Assembly (NCBI RefSeq): GCF_006345805.1
Contig: NC_043006.1
Coordinates: 99,510,001-99,574,000, forward strand
Length of the DNA stretch: 64,000 nt
Source of the DNA: Octopus sinensis
Lineage: Eukaryota
Reading direction: 5' to 3'
Shown: positions 39,921-54,049 of the stretch, one piece after another
How the letters are laid out: every line of letters starts with the position of its first letter
Numbering within the stretch: the stretch's first letter is position 1
The notes under the pieces: generated by a model
Database searches by the model: none
Seen by the model: the letters and a program-made list of their open reading frames with translations, nothing else
What the model was told of the DNA's origin: nothing
Program-made: the position numbers and the translations under genes

Positions 39921-40239
39921 GACTCCGCCGGTTACGACGACGAGGGTCCCAGCTGTTACGATCAACGGAACAGCTTGCTCGTGAAATTCACGTGCAAATG
40001 GCTGAGCATTCCACAGACACGTGTACCCTTAACGTAGTTCTCGGGGATAATCAGCGTGACACAGAGAGTGACAAGGCTGACCCTTTGAAATACAAGTACA
40101 ACTCATTTTTGCCAGCTGAGTGGACTGGAGCAACATGAAATAAAGTGTCTTGCTCAAGGACACAACGCGTCGCCGGGAATCGAACTCACAACCTTACGAT
40201 CATGAGCCGAATGCCCTAACCACTAAGCCACGCGCCCTC
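39921..40239 (-). mobile_element. tRNA-derived SINE (head H2 plus tail B)
   Basis: Head gcgcgtggcttagtggttaggg...gttcgattccc...tgtgtccttgagcaagacacttt. The tail is shared with 33447 and 53670. Confidence 0.88.
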
Positions 40240-40245
40240 ATAGAA

Positions 40246-40384
<139 letters not shown>

Positions 40385-42344
40385 CTTTTCTTTCTTTTTA
40401 CCTATTCCTCAATCATATTGATTTTAAAAGGTACTATGGAAACGATCTATCTGTTCATAATGTCTGTTTTTCGGGGCGGATTTGTTTGGTGTCTTTTTTT
40501 CATTTTTCTTTCACATCCGTCGCATATATGTTTCGGAGAAAATTTCTTTTCTTTTTATGAGGAAACGATTCGCAGTCTTTGATCGAAAGGAATATATACG
40601 CTTCTTTGCTCGAATTCTTTTAATCTATAACTGAATTCTTTGTCGCTGTACAATACACAAATAATAGATATCTTGTTTATTATCATATCTTATATATTTT
40701 GCTCTCGGACCCGGAAAGTTCTTAAAGTTATGTCTCTGATTTGGCAGGCATTATATAAAGAAGTAGATCGCTGTGTGTAGGTGAATAAAGTATTAAATTT
40801 TACTCACTGGGGAGACGACATTTTCGGATTTTAGACATCCCAAGCAATAGGAAATTTCTTAGATATCGCTAGAAACAACCACGCCTGTACCATTGCCAAA
40901 GGGTGAAACAGCAGGAGGGAAAAGTGGAAATACAACGGGAAAGGAAAAATAATGTGAAAAATAATATGAAAGCTTGAGAGTTTTGCCATGGAGGTCTACG
41001 ACTACTGATGACTACTAGGCAGTGCACACGGAGGGGGATTATTACAAACCACTACCCTTTAAGACTGTATTTCATTCATCAGGAAGTATCCCCGCTTTTA
41101 CACGGTGACTGTTATTCTTCTTGAATATGTTCTTTTTCAGTTATCTGTTTGAAGATAATTACATTATCATTATTACTATATTTGTTATTCATTTTGAAAC
41201 ACTTTTTTCGCCTGTAATCTATAACCATCAGTTATGATATACACATCCGCTTATGATAAACAATGCATGAACACGCTATGCTGTCAATGGTGTTTTTAAT
41301 GTGTTTTCGCAGAGAATAGACGATATTTGATTTCTACATAAATGTTCAAATGTTATTTTGTGCATCAGTAGGTTCGTGTACTGTCATCTGGGGCAATGGC
41401 GCATCTGTTTTTCCTTTCTAAATTATTCTTTGTCAGAATATTTATAACCGTCTTTCTTAGTGTCGCAATTAGAGTTGTTTAAGAGCTCTGTCGCAATATT
41501 TTCAGATAATTAGTGTTTTGGTGCCTTCCTATTGTGTAATGAGAATGTCCACCAATTAAGATTTAACGCATTTCTATTTTGTTGTTTAGCAAATAAGATG
41601 AGATTTAGCTTTTCCATCATTTTCACATGATTCGACACTATACTGAGTACGTACTTTAGTTTCAAGATGAATTGAATTTGCATGACTATTATTTTGAATA
41701 CACTGTTAACTTATTTAAATAGCGCTTAACGTTTTATTTTCTTCTCTTTTGTACTCTGGAGTCAAATTCTATCAGTTATATGGCGTCAAGCTTTGTTTAA
41801 ATTCGCCTTTTGTAATTTCTAAGTTCTTGCATCTGCTCACGGCTGTTGCACTTGCTCACGGCTCCTGGATGGTATTAAGATATGAGATTATGTGAGTTGG
41901 AGATTTCCACTACCACTTCTACTGTAGTGTTTACAGTAATTCATTTATATTTTGTACATCAGCGAACATTTTCCTAGTTATGATATATCCTCCAACGTAT
42001 TGTTACGTTTTACCTTTTCTGAATATTTTTTAAATAGATTGAAGTGCCCCTAAAATTATATCGCAGTAATTGTAAATATAACTTAGACCGTTTATGCTAT
42101 TGATTAGCGAGAACACTTTGGTTTTAAATTTTTCACCAGATTTCATGCTTCGAAACTGTCATTCTGCCTAAGAGATTTACATAGGTTCTAATTATTGATA
42201 GTGGTAAACGTCTGTATTCCATGACTGATTTTCATTTTTGTATTTTTTGAATTAGCGGCACGCGAGAGAAATCTTTGTCTTTTGCCTTCAAGTATTTTCC
42301 ATCGCAAAAATACTTTTTTTTATTATTACCATTAGCAGAAATAA

Positions 42345-42780
42345 AGTCAGCGATCTGGCGAAATCGTTAGCACGGTTTTAAATTGTGAATTCAAATACAG
42401 CCAAAGTCATCTTTACCTTTTGTGCACCCAACATCGATTAAAAAAACAGTACCAGTTGATCAATGGAGTCCATTTAATCACTTTAAACCAACTATGATAT
42501 ATCTAGACACCCGCCAAAATAATAACCAAATTAATAACCATTAGTATTAGCAGACATAAAAAGAGTGAGCTGGCATAATCCTTATCACTGCATATAAAAG
42601 ACTTACCATTATTTCGTCACTCTTTACTTTCTGAGTTCGAATTCCGCCGAGATTGTTTCCGCTTTTATCATTTTGGAGTCGATAAAGTAACTATTAGTTA
42701 AGTGCTGGGGTAGATTACATCGATTAGCTTTTCCTCCGAAACATCAGGCATTGTGTCAATAGCGGAACTGATTATTAACA
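42345..42780 (+). mobile_element. two degenerate S2-type SINEs (~42345-42490 and ~42562-42780)
   Basis: ctggcgaaatcgttagc...agtaccagttga and gagctggcataatc...ctgagttcgaattccgccgag. Confidence 0.65.
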
Positions 42781-43265
42781 GAGAAAATGTGTTGCAATAT
42801 GGAGGAAAAACCCTCCTTAATTTTCTCAAATATCCTAAAAGTTTTACCGAATCAGCATTGAGAGATTTCCATACAATTCGCAGGGTGGGACATTTCTGCA
42901 GGTCACCAATACGTATTTCAATGCTAAACTATTCCGTTTCTTGGCAGTTCGGATGTTGGGCCGCTTACACAAATTATCCTTTCTTTTTAACGTTCGAGTT
43001 TAAAAATTCCTTCATTCGTCTCGTCTAGTTTCTCATATCCACATTGATATTCACATTGATATCCACATTGATATCCACATTGATATTCACATTGATATCT
43101 ACTCTACTACCCATCATGATAACAAATTCAAGGAATGTGCAATCGCAATATTTACGTGTTCTTATTTATAGCTTCATGTTTGTTTGGCGATACACCATTC
43201 CTTCAAAAATTATTTTACCTTTTATCGAACGTTTATAGAATTCTTCCTAGAAATGTCTAAAACTA
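42596..43265 (+). repeat. donor of the inverted duplication; contains a 5x12-bp minisatellite (atatYcacattg, 43035-43094)
   Basis: Reverse complement of 49680-50313. Confidence 0.93.
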
Positions 43266-43438
43266 TGGGGATATTAGAAAGATTGATCTTGTCCAATAGT
43301 TAAAGGTCTCTGACTTCCGAAGAAGAGGTAGGTTCAAGTCTTATGAGTAGTTTTTGAGATTTTCCCTCTAAATTCGTCTGTCAAATCAATACTTACATGT
43401 TCTCATAGATTAAAGTGTACTTCGAAACAAAGAGACAC

Positions 43439-43474
<36 letters not shown>

Positions 43475-43951
43475 GGAGGGAGGTTACATTCATAAATACA
43501 TACATGCGTATGTATATACGTGTACAACTGTACGTTTCATTTAGGAATGCAAGAGTTTAGATCTTGCTTGCGAGTCTTAACAAGTCTTCTACTGTCAGTA
43601 GTAATTTCTTGCAGTAAAATGAATGAACTGAAATAGAGGAAATATTTTTAAAATGCTGCGTTGTTCATTAATGGAGCCCACAGTCTCAGGATTCCATTAT
43701 CCATTTCAATGTAATCCATTATTATATTGTGTCGCATAGAGAACACTAAAGCAATTCTATATCAAAATCGTAATCTGTCTTACAATTTTTTTTAGTATGG
43801 TGGAGAGGAAATAGCAATACTAAGATACAAATGCAGAGTAAATAAATGCATAATCTTCATAGAATACATGTCTGGGTATACAAAAGTTCTTAGCAACATC
43901 AATATGATTATGTTATCACACTTACACACGTACTAGCGCACATGACCACAC

Positions 43952-44182
<231 letters not shown>

Positions 44183-44745
44183 CATATTTCTGTATATTTA
44201 TATGTGTTTCTTTGTGTGTGTAACTTTTTAAAGTTATGTCTACAGATCTTCCAAAGAAATTGGTGTTAGCACTGAACGTTGCTTCTTTTTTCTATAAGAG
44301 AATACATCTATGTATACATTGCGATCGAGGATGTGTGCACATGCGTGTTGCAGTATCTAATGTACATTCTTCAGTACCGCATCCAAACCATTTGCTTTCC
44401 ACTTATACATTGCTTAAATAGCGACCAAACATAGCGTTGTTATACAATTAGATATACCAATTTTACATACTACACACATTCCTTGCAATAGGTACGTGCA
44501 TATGAATTGCTTGTAAGATCATCGTATTTCCTTTTCCAGCCGCTATATACTACCAAGTACATGAAAAGCGTATAATTTAATTCTCTGTCTTAGAATTATC
44601 TGCACACAACTTCTACATAAATTGGAGCCACTATGTATGATTACACATGCATACAGACATTAGTTAGTGAGTCGAACTATTTATGTATGTATGTAAGTAT
44701 GTATCCCACTTGTTCTATCTCTCTATCTCTATCTCTTCCTAGATG

Positions 44746-44845
<100 letters not shown>

Positions 44846-44865
44846 TGTATATATATGATTCAAAA

Positions 44866-45065
44866 TGTGACCGCGTGTGTATCGTTGGCGATTTTTTCCT
44901 CCGTCTTCCCTTCCTTGGACCTTTCCTCTTTCTATGTTTCTGACGAAAAGCTCCGCTCGAAACGTTAAATCCTCCTTCTGTCTTTCTTTTCCTGAGCGTC
45001 CAGTAACACTTCCACGTCCACGCGCTGGGGTGTTTTCTCTTTGTGTTTTCATGTTTGGACTAACT
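44866..45065 (+). mobile_element. Penelope-type short repeat with minimal hammerhead motif (44936-44970)
   Basis: gttt-CTGACGA-a-aagc-tcc-gctc-GAAA-cg-TT-aaat, with one stem II mismatch. Lies between (GATA)n and (TA)n. Confidence 0.55.
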
Positions 45066-45079
45066 ATACATATGTATAT

Positions 45080-45148
<69 letters not shown>

Positions 45149-45780
45149 TGGTAGGTAGGTAGATAGGTAGATAGGTAGATAGATATTCTCTCAAATGCAC
45201 CCGTGTATATGTGTGCGTGAGAAAAGCAGGGAGAGAGTTAGCGAACTCTGAACAGAGACACACACAATTAAAAATTGTGACAGACTGTAATATTTTGAGC
45301 GTGAGTTGTCTGAATATGCATGCATTTATCGATCTGCGTAGGGCTAAGGATGTATTTTTATAGCAAGATAAGGTATTATAATCATATATTAATCACACAC
45401 CAACGCATCGGTTAACGATATATTCATAGAGTTACTATCTGCTTTACTTCTGATATATAATTCTAAAAACGTTGTTTTACTCGCATTACTCTCTTTATTT
45501 TAATATTAGTCAGGTGAGTATTAGCACCTGTTCGTACTTCCAATATTAAAACTACCTTTAATACCTGCGCCATACGGACTGAAGATTTTAAAATGGTAAT
45601 TAGCTAATGTCACTCGAAAGTCTGTTGCAATGTAGAAATATCATATATAGACATAACACATACTATAATTGATGTTTTTAATATTCAAATGTTCTGTACA
45701 TTTACTTTTTGCGTTCATGTGAAAGTGACGATTGAAATTTACACAACTACAAGTCCATAATATTTACCAAGTTATACATA

Positions 45781-46176
45781 TCTTTATATATAAAAGAGAG
45801 GTTGTGTGCTGTCTGTCTCCTACGATTTAGATTCCTAACTACTCCCACATTTTGCGGTGCAGTTTATCCAAAACCGGGTATCTTATAGTCGTGATTCATA
45901 TCGAGCCCTTCTGGGTATTAACGCGCGTCTACGATGGGTCTACGATTTAAAAAAAAAATACCATCAATTTTTCCCATTTTTAATGCATTTTTGGCATATA
46001 TAAGGGAAGTAACTCTCTAAAAATGTATTATTAAATCTCAGAACGTAAAAAGCTACAGTAACACCCCCCCCTTTGTGGTTAGCCATATTGAGATGGCTAT
46101 TATACTTTACATCTCTAAAAATGCTTATATAGTTATTTCCATTACAAACCCGAGCAACGCCGGGCGATACTGCTAG
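45781..46176 (+). mobile_element. non-autonomous Helitron
   Basis: 5' TC (tctttatatataaaa), subterminal hairpin cccg-agcaacgc-cggg (46149-46164), 3' CTAG. Inserted between A and T with no TSD. Confidence 0.88.
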
Positions 46177-47970
46177 TTATAAATACAAGAAGAATCATGT
46201 TGTTAGCTTTGACATTTATTGGAAGAAAGTAGGCAATCACTAGAGAATTGAATTCTAAGAACTGCCTAGATGATTTTTCTGTATGCATTAATTACAATTT
46301 ATTACCTGATTAGGATTGAATCGGATTAAACAAATTTGAAGATCATTACGAGGTAATGCTGCATCGGATTTAAACAGTCAAACTTAAGTTGTTGTTGTTA
46401 TACGGTCAGTGACGATATTGTGGTGTGTGTGCGTGTGGTGTGTGTGTGTGTGTGTATGTGTGTGTGTCTGTATAACAATGTACCACAGTGCCAAATATAA
46501 CCGTCTAAAAATAAACAATGTAAACCGAGTTTGTTTTTATAACCTTTCGCACAGCACTCCAACGCAGAATCAATAACAAGACAAACGCTCTCACAGTTCG
46601 ACCTCAGCTATCTAGTGACTCATCAATTTATAAGACGCGTACAGTTCACAATCAGTCACGTACAGATGCAGCCAGTTAACTCCAGAGCACTTATAAAGAC
46701 TTGTGCGTTCAGAAGTTATGATATTGTAATTATTTAATCCTGTTTTAGCACCTAATTTCGCAAGCCCATGTCTAAAAGTCTACCAGCCTTTTACTTGCTA
46801 TCTTTTATCGGACATCGTTTATTTTCCTGTGCTATTGGATGTATCGCAATTGTTATTAAGTGTTTCACACTTTGTATTGAAATATATTTAGTTGATTCTT
46901 TTGGGACATCACACTCTCAGGTAAAACTCTTCAGACAACAGTGGGATTGTTATGGATCGCATAAGCAAAATTGCTCTGAAATTTAAGTATTGAACAGACG
47001 CTTGATAGGTTTTATTTATTTTACAATCTGTGACAAATGAAGGTGGTATTACCAGTAGGATACACAGTATGGGGTCTTACGCATGGGGTCTGCTCATCAT
47101 TTTTATTTAGTTTGAAAATGTTCTTAACGCCGCATTCAATAGTGATGTAAGCAGGTAGGAAAATACTGGGGCCAGACGCGCAAGAGGAATTGATGTAATT
47201 TATGCGTTAATTCTAGGTTCTATACAGCGACGGTGATGAGAAGAAGAGAAATGGTCGACAGCTTCATATTTATCTATATTAAAAGTTTTCAGAGAAATTT
47301 TTGTAGGACTTTCCTCTCCACCACTTTAATACAATGCGTATAAATACAACATGTTTATCACTAGACAATACACCTTTGTAATTATACAATAGAAATGAGC
47401 AAACGGCTGTCTAAACTGAAATCAAGATGAAACTGATTATTTTGTAACTGTCACTATTTACGTCGCCTACAAAGAAATATATATTTAGTAAAGAAATATA
47501 CATTCGAGTTGCTTTAAAGAAAGATGCGAGTATAAACAGACCGTCATTATTTATCTTATTTAGGATTCTATGGTTGGTATTTTAGCGGTATGTAGTTAAC
47601 ACTGATAAACATTCCCTCTGATATGACGAAAATAAATTCCTGAATACAGGTCAAATATCAGTTTATAGTTTAAATTAATTTACTTGCGAAACTTATCAAT
47701 TTATAGTATCAATACATTAAGTGTATATATTTGTAAAAGTGTGAAGTTAGATATTATAATATTATTGCTTCATATCAATGCTAGGTATCTTCGCAGTTTA
47801 AAGCCATGGAAGCAATTTTGATGTTAGTGGAATTACAATGTCGCTTACCAATGCGTTATTTAACCGAATATATTTAATGAAAAAGAGACGATTAAAATGT
47901 TATTGACATCTACTACGTTCTTATAATTTTTTTACGTGAAATAAACATCGACACACACTTCAACAAACTA

Positions 47971-48378
47971 TACTCTTTACTCTTATACATGTTTCACTCA
48001 TTTGACTGCGGACATGCTGGATCACCACCTTTAGTCGAGGAAATCGACCCCGGGACTTATTCTTTGTAAGCCCAGTACTTATTCTATCGGTCTATTTTGC
48101 CGAACCGCTAAGTGACAGGGACGTAAACACACCAGCATGGGTTGTCAACCAATGCTAGGGGGACAAACACACACACAAACACACACATATACACATACAT
48201 ATATATCCATATATACGAGAGGATTCTTTCAGTTTTCGTCTACCAAATCCACTCACAAGGCATTGGTCGACCCGGGGCTATAGCAGAAGACACTTGCCCA
48301 AGATGCCACGCAGTGGGACTGAACCCGGAACCATGTGGTTGGTTAGCAAGCTACTTACCACACAGCCATTCCTGCGCC
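47971..48378 (-). mobile_element. S3 SINE, full length
   Basis: Reverse complement of the 37124-37491 family. Confidence 0.9.
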
Positions 48379-48394
48379 TATTAAGTAATAAATA

Positions 48395-48598
48395 TTTGAA
48401 ATTTTGGCACAAAGGCCACCAATTTTGGGAAAGAGGATTAGTCAGTTAAATCGATCCCAGTGCTCAAAACGTATTCATATAATTGACAGCGAAAAGATGA
48501 AAGATTTCGCAAGCATTTGAACTCAGAACGTAACGAGAGACGAAAAGTCGCTCAGCATTTTTCCGCAGTATGCTTATGCATTTCGCATCACGCCGCCT
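48395..48598 (-). mobile_element. degenerate S2-type SINE
   Basis: tcgatcccagtgctcaa...atttgaactcagaacgtaa. Confidence 0.65.
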
Positions 48599-48758
48599 CA
48601 GACGACGGAAAAATTAATAGCATATACAAATATACAATGACAAAATGATGTTTAATGAAATTCCGAATAAATGCACTGTCAAGAAATGTGCTTAATATAT
48701 CAGTGATAAAAGATATCTAGCCATAATGTGAAGCCGTGTTGCAAGGAGGATGACTTAG

Positions 48759-49190
48759 GGATCTTTTCGGTCTGAACGGCAGTTTTTTCTAGCGGTGTTA
48801 TATGAAATTGTCACCCATAATTATGACCCTAGTATCGATATATTGTATTTCAATCTGTTTTAGGGTTAGGGTTAGTTAGGGTTAGGGTTAGGGTTAGGGG
48901 TGGGGGAAGGGTATATTTTTTGTTCACAAATATAAATAAACCCAATCTGTTTCCTAAACGAGGGACATATTCATTCGACACAGAATGTTGTCTACCTAAA
49001 TGGACGTCATTGATTGGTTAAAATTGCAGAAATTGAAGAAGAAAAAAAGCAACAAATATGTTACAAACTATAGAATTTTCTCAATAAAGCCAAGAGAAAA
49101 AGATGTTTTATAAACACATTCTACGAAGTTTAATATTTTTTAATTACCTAGAAATTATGTTAAAAACTGCCGTTCAAACCAAAAAGATCC
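48759..49190. mobile_element. 432-bp MITE with 29-bp TIRs, 8-bp TSD and internal (TTAGGG)n
   Basis: TIRs ggatcttttcggtctgaacggcagttttt and aaaaactgccgttcaaaccaaaaagatcc. TSD tgacttag at 48751-48758 and 49191-49198. TTAGGG array at 48860-48899. Confidence 0.92.
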
Positions 49191-49338
49191 TGACTTAGAT
49201 AATGAGTGATCGAATCAAATACTTCTAATTTGAAATACAGTATTTATTGAATATAACTGAATATGAAATCCATAAATATGTTTCCATCACTTCCGCAAAA
49301 AAAGCACTTAAGAGGTAGCTTTCAAATTTGACCAAACA

Positions 49339-50443
49339 CAGCTGGGAAAGACTTACTCCCGACTACCACCTTTTTCTCGAAAATTATTGTGTTTGTTTTT
49401 TAAAATTGCCAAAATCCCACGTTTTAGGACACGGAGATTCCGGAATATTGATTTATTTTACCCCCTCCCTTATTCCCCATCAATTTCTTCCTTTTTCACT
49501 TTTTTCCGTAACACTAATCCTAAAACCCCAACCCTAACACTAAAATCCTAACCTTAACCGTAAAACCCTAACCCTAACCCTAAGTAGCAAAATTTTTTGG
49601 AAATTGGTTTCAGAATCAAAATCTCCGTATTTTTCCGCATATTAAAAAAAATTCTGAAATAAGTTAAAAATGAAGATTTTAGTTTTAGACATTTCTAGGA
49701 AGAATTCTATAAACGTTCGATAGAAGGTAAAATAATTTTTGAAGGAATGGTGTATCGCCAAACAAACATGAAGCTATAAATAAGAACACGTAAATATTGC
49801 GATTGCAAATTCCTTGAATTTGTTATCATGATTGGTAGTAGAGTAGATATCAATGTGAATATCAATGTGGATATGAGAAACTAGACGAGACGAATGAAGG
49901 AATTTTTAAACTCAAACGTTAAAAAGAAAGGATAATTTGTGTAAGCGGCCCAACACCCGAACTACCAAGAAACGGAATAGTTTAGCATTGAAATACGTAT
50001 TGGTGACCTGCAGAAATGTCCCACCCTGCGAATTGTATGGAAATCTCTCAATGCTGATTCGGTAAAACTTTTAGGATATTTGAGAAAATTAAGGAGGGTT
50101 TTTCCTCCATATTGCAACACATTTTCTCTGTTAATAATCAGTTCCGCTATTGACACAATGCCTGATGTTTCGGAGGAAAAGCTAATCGATGTAATCTACC
50201 CCAGCACTTAACTAATAGTTACTTTATCGACTCCAAAATGATAAAAGCGGAAACAATCTCGGCGGAATTCGAACTCAGAAAGTAAAGAGTGACGAAATAA
50301 TGGTAAGTCTTTTCAAAATGCCAATTTTTGCAAATTTTTTTAGATTTCTGTTCTCCGTAGCCGAAAACGGGAGTTTCTGTAGAATAAAATAAATAGAAAA
50401 GGGGTGCTTTTCGGTGTACAAGAGCAAGTCTTGTCCCGAACTG
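49339..50443. mobile_element. old TIR element with degenerate ~100-bp arms, degenerate (CCCTAA)n and a captured insert
   Basis: cagctgggaaagacttactc...cccacgttttaggacacggaga matches the reverse complement of tctccgtagccgaaaacggga...gagcaagtcttgtcccgaactg. CCCTAA-like tract at ~49513-49583. Confidence 0.55.
49680..50313 (-). repeat. inverted duplicate of 42596-43265
   Basis: About six substitutions seen by eye; 2 versus 5 minisatellite units. Confidence 0.93.
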
Positions 50444-53182
50444 CAATATATTTGAAAAGAGAAAGCATAGAAATTGATAAAATTTAATTCACGAATTTAC
50501 ACTAAAACGACATACTAGATGCTGTTACCACAACGCTGTTTATTACTAATAAAAGTTGCTTCAATAATGATTGTAAATGCTTTAATTCATTCAACAATTA
50601 TTCCTTTGAAACGAGTGTAGTATGATTAAAATATTATATTGCATTTATTATAAATTCGAACTGGTTAAGATGGCAAGCAGGAACGTGTAAATGATTCAAT
50701 TCAACCAAACATTTTAACGTGAACCTTTTTCCGTCGGTTCTGGGAGGTTAAAAGACAAAAGAGACGTCAACATGTTTTGGAGTCTGTTTGCTTTAACAAA
50801 TACAAAGGAAATTTAATAAAATGTTATATGTGTCTGTTAATATATGTTTGTACAAATATGGATATGTCATTACGATTAAAGTTTGATCACAAATAAAGAA
50901 GTGAAGAAAACCGAATTAAATGTTATATTTTATCAGACCTGACTGCATTCATTTTCTAGTATATTAAATGTGAACTGCATCTGTCTTTTGTAAAGTTTGC
51001 CTATATTGTAATCTATAATAATAAAATTACATATGAATAATATATGGCTGTGTATCAAATGTTCTAAATAATTTTTGCATGAGAATCGATTAAAATGAAA
51101 TTGTTTATGGACAAAATATTCCGATAAATTATTATCAAGTTAACCCGATAGAATATTGTAAGGAAGAATATTTAATTTAATTACTTGCATAATTCGTAAG
51201 TATTTTCACACAGATATAAATGCCGTGTTATGAGGATTCGTAGTTAAATTTTAGATTACTGTTTTATATTCAACGACGAATTTTAACAAGTACGCATCTC
51301 TTAATCAAATCTGTATTTCTATGTATTTGTTGGGGTAAAAATACCAATACCACGTCATTGCATTAATATAATAAATAATATTATCCTATTATGTTGTCAG
51401 AAAATTATTAAAGCGATATATCTTACAACGAATTTCATACAACAGATATTTTATTAGTCCTCAGAAATTTCTTAATTTTCTGTTTGATCTCAGAAGACGG
51501 ACATTATTTTTAGATTATAATTCCCACGTATTTATGTACATAATTTTATGAATTTGGCGAACTACTGTGTTCTGGAATGTATATGCATGTGGAACATTTA
51601 TGTATGATTAATCTCATTCTTTATTAAGTGGAAAACGAGAGAACCAGATAGGGATTAGAAATAAAATATCGATTTAATGAATTTACTGTCTTCATTCCAT
51701 TCAAATTATTCAGAGGTTAGATCGCATGAGCTAGGAGTTTTGAATTTATTCATATGATAATTATTTATTTAAAGAAATATTTATAATTGCAGGAATAAAA
51801 TATTTATTGAACAGTATATTTCCGAAGGAAGCGATGTGAAAAATAAACATGGTTTCTAAGAGATGCTTCTGGATATAACTAAATTAATGAATTTGAGATA
51901 AAACAAAAGTGATATCAGTTTATGTCGTGTTCAGATCAAATGTGATATTTGATAATTCACCGAAGTAAATACTGTTTATAGTTTCATATTGTATTTCATT
52001 TATCTCTTCTTTAACCACATTATAAAATAGATTATCAGCCAATTTGCCGTAGAAATTGGTAATACGTTTCCTAATGAAATTTTTAATTCCTTTTTCTGAT
52101 TCATAGATACGCTTCCATCTCCCAATTCATTTCTCTTTGCTATATCGAGTACCACAGGAGAACAAAAGTCATATTGTTACCTTCATGTCTATTTTATCGC
52201 TATCAAAAGTCTTTATCGGATATCTTTCCTTAACGTATTTTAGTCTCTGTTTTTACATGTCTTTGCACTACTTCGTCATGTCCAGATGAATGAGAATGCA
52301 TTGAAATTGTCGCTTATCCTCACAGATTTAAGCCAGAATCTTGTTTCTTTTTTATTAGTGTAATCTATATTCCTTCCACATCATATGTAATTGAACAATG
52401 TTCCATAAATCTGTTTTTTTATTGTCGATTAAAACCTAAATCGCTATGTATTATAGACTGAAACAATATTTCTGACTATAGGGTTAATAAACACGTAGGT
52501 TAATAAACACGTACATCTATCCGAGGTGTTTCCTGAGCTGAAATATTGCAAATCAATGGAATAAAACTGGACCACTCTTGAAATATAAACAGTTTTCTAA
52601 TTAACATGGCATTCATGAACTGACATCTGAAAATGTGGATCGTTTATTATGATTTCACGCAAAAGTGAATTAGAATGAATACAAATTAGAGACTGAGTAT
52701 AAAAAAAAGACGGATGCCCGCAAGATGAGAACATAGGGATTAACCAACAGGAGTGAGAGTGCAAGTGGATAAACTGAAAGTACGAAGATTGAATGAGAAA
52801 AGATTCCAGGCATTTTTATGTAGTGTTAACCGTATTCGACTGGCAAATATAGAAATAAATGAAATGCATGCAAGAAAAACCAAAAGCATATTAAAAAGTA
52901 CGAATTTGGGAGAAATATATGGTGTGGATAAAGCAAGGCTTTAGATGGGTAGCAGACGGAGGAATAGGTGCTATTTTCCCCTTACTTGCTGGAAATGTTT
53001 TTTGATGCTGTTATATTACTGATGCCTTTGAACTTGGGTGATATTACCTGTAGTTATGTACTTAAATTTCAACTTTTAAATTCCATTTAAACAAATTGTT
53101 TTTCGCACATCAATTTACAGTTGTACTGCGATCTCCAATATGTGTACCTATCTGAAGCACGTACCGTTTACCTTTAATATAT

Positions 53183-53516
53183 ATTTCTTTACTACCCACA
53201 AGGGGCTAAACATAGATGGGATAAACTAGGACAGACAAAGGGATTAAGTCGATTACATCGACATCAGTGCATAATTGGTACTTTATATATCGATCCCGAG
53301 AGGATGAAAGGCAAAGTCGACCTCGGCGGAATTTGAACTCAGAACGTAGCGGCAGACGAAATACCGCTAAGCATTTCGCCCGGTGCGCTAACGTTTCTGC
53401 CAGCTTGCCGCCTCCAAAGTCGACTTCGGCGGAATTTGAACTCAGAACGTAGCGGCAGACGAAATACGGCTACGCATTTCACCCAGTGTTCTAACGTTTC
53501 TGCCAAGCTCGCCGCC
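53183..53516 (-). mobile_element. S2 SINE with duplicated 5' head, single 17-bp TSD
   Basis: Full copy 53183-53412 plus an extra head at ~53416-53516. gtttacctttaatatat occurs at 53166-53182 and 53517-53533. Confidence 0.88.
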
Positions 53517-53669
53517 GTTTACCTTTAATATATTTAATGCTTTGACTAGAACACCCCCACCCCAAGAAAGCATATTAAAAATAGTGCTGCATTTTATATC
53601 CCCTAACCATATTTTGTTGACAGTAGTTAAATATGAAGTTTTCATAAACGAGTATATAAAAATTGAAGT

Positions 53670-54049
53670 GTGGAGGAAGCACACCGTCGATTACGACGAC
53701 GAAGGTTCCGGTTGATCCGATCAACGGAACAGCCTGCTCGTGAAATTAACGTGTAAGTGGCTGAGCACTCCACAGACACGCGTACCCTTAACGTAGTTCT
53801 CGGGGATATTCAGCATGACACAGAGAGTGACAAGGCCGACCCTTTGAAATGCAGGTACAACAGAAACAGAAAGTAAGAGAAAGTTGTGGTGAAAGAGTAC
53901 AGCAGGGATCACCACCATCCCTGCCGGAGCCTCGTGGAGCTTTAGGTGTTTTCGCTCAATAAACACTCACAACGCCCGGTCTGGGAATCGAAACCGCGAT
54001 CCTACGACCGCGAGTCCGCTGCCCTAACCACTGGGCCATTGCGCCTCCC
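53670..54049 (-). mobile_element. tRNA-derived SINE (H1 plus tail B), 12-bp TSD
   Basis: aaaaattgaagt at 53658-53669 and 54050-54061. Confidence 0.92.

Noticed and set aside
43035-43094. Short regular repeats (also ~55166-55220, ~18866-18912, ~14368-14408) as CRISPR-like arrays
   Set aside because: No unique spacers, no cas genes and a eukaryotic context; simple slippage duplications.
46610-46665. TGACTCA plus TATA-like plus Inr-like arrangement
   Set aside because: Short motifs are expected by chance in AT-rich DNA, and there is no downstream exon.
48860-48899. TTAGGG tract as a chromosome end or fusion scar
   Set aside because: It is enclosed by TIRs and a TSD, so it is part of a transposon.
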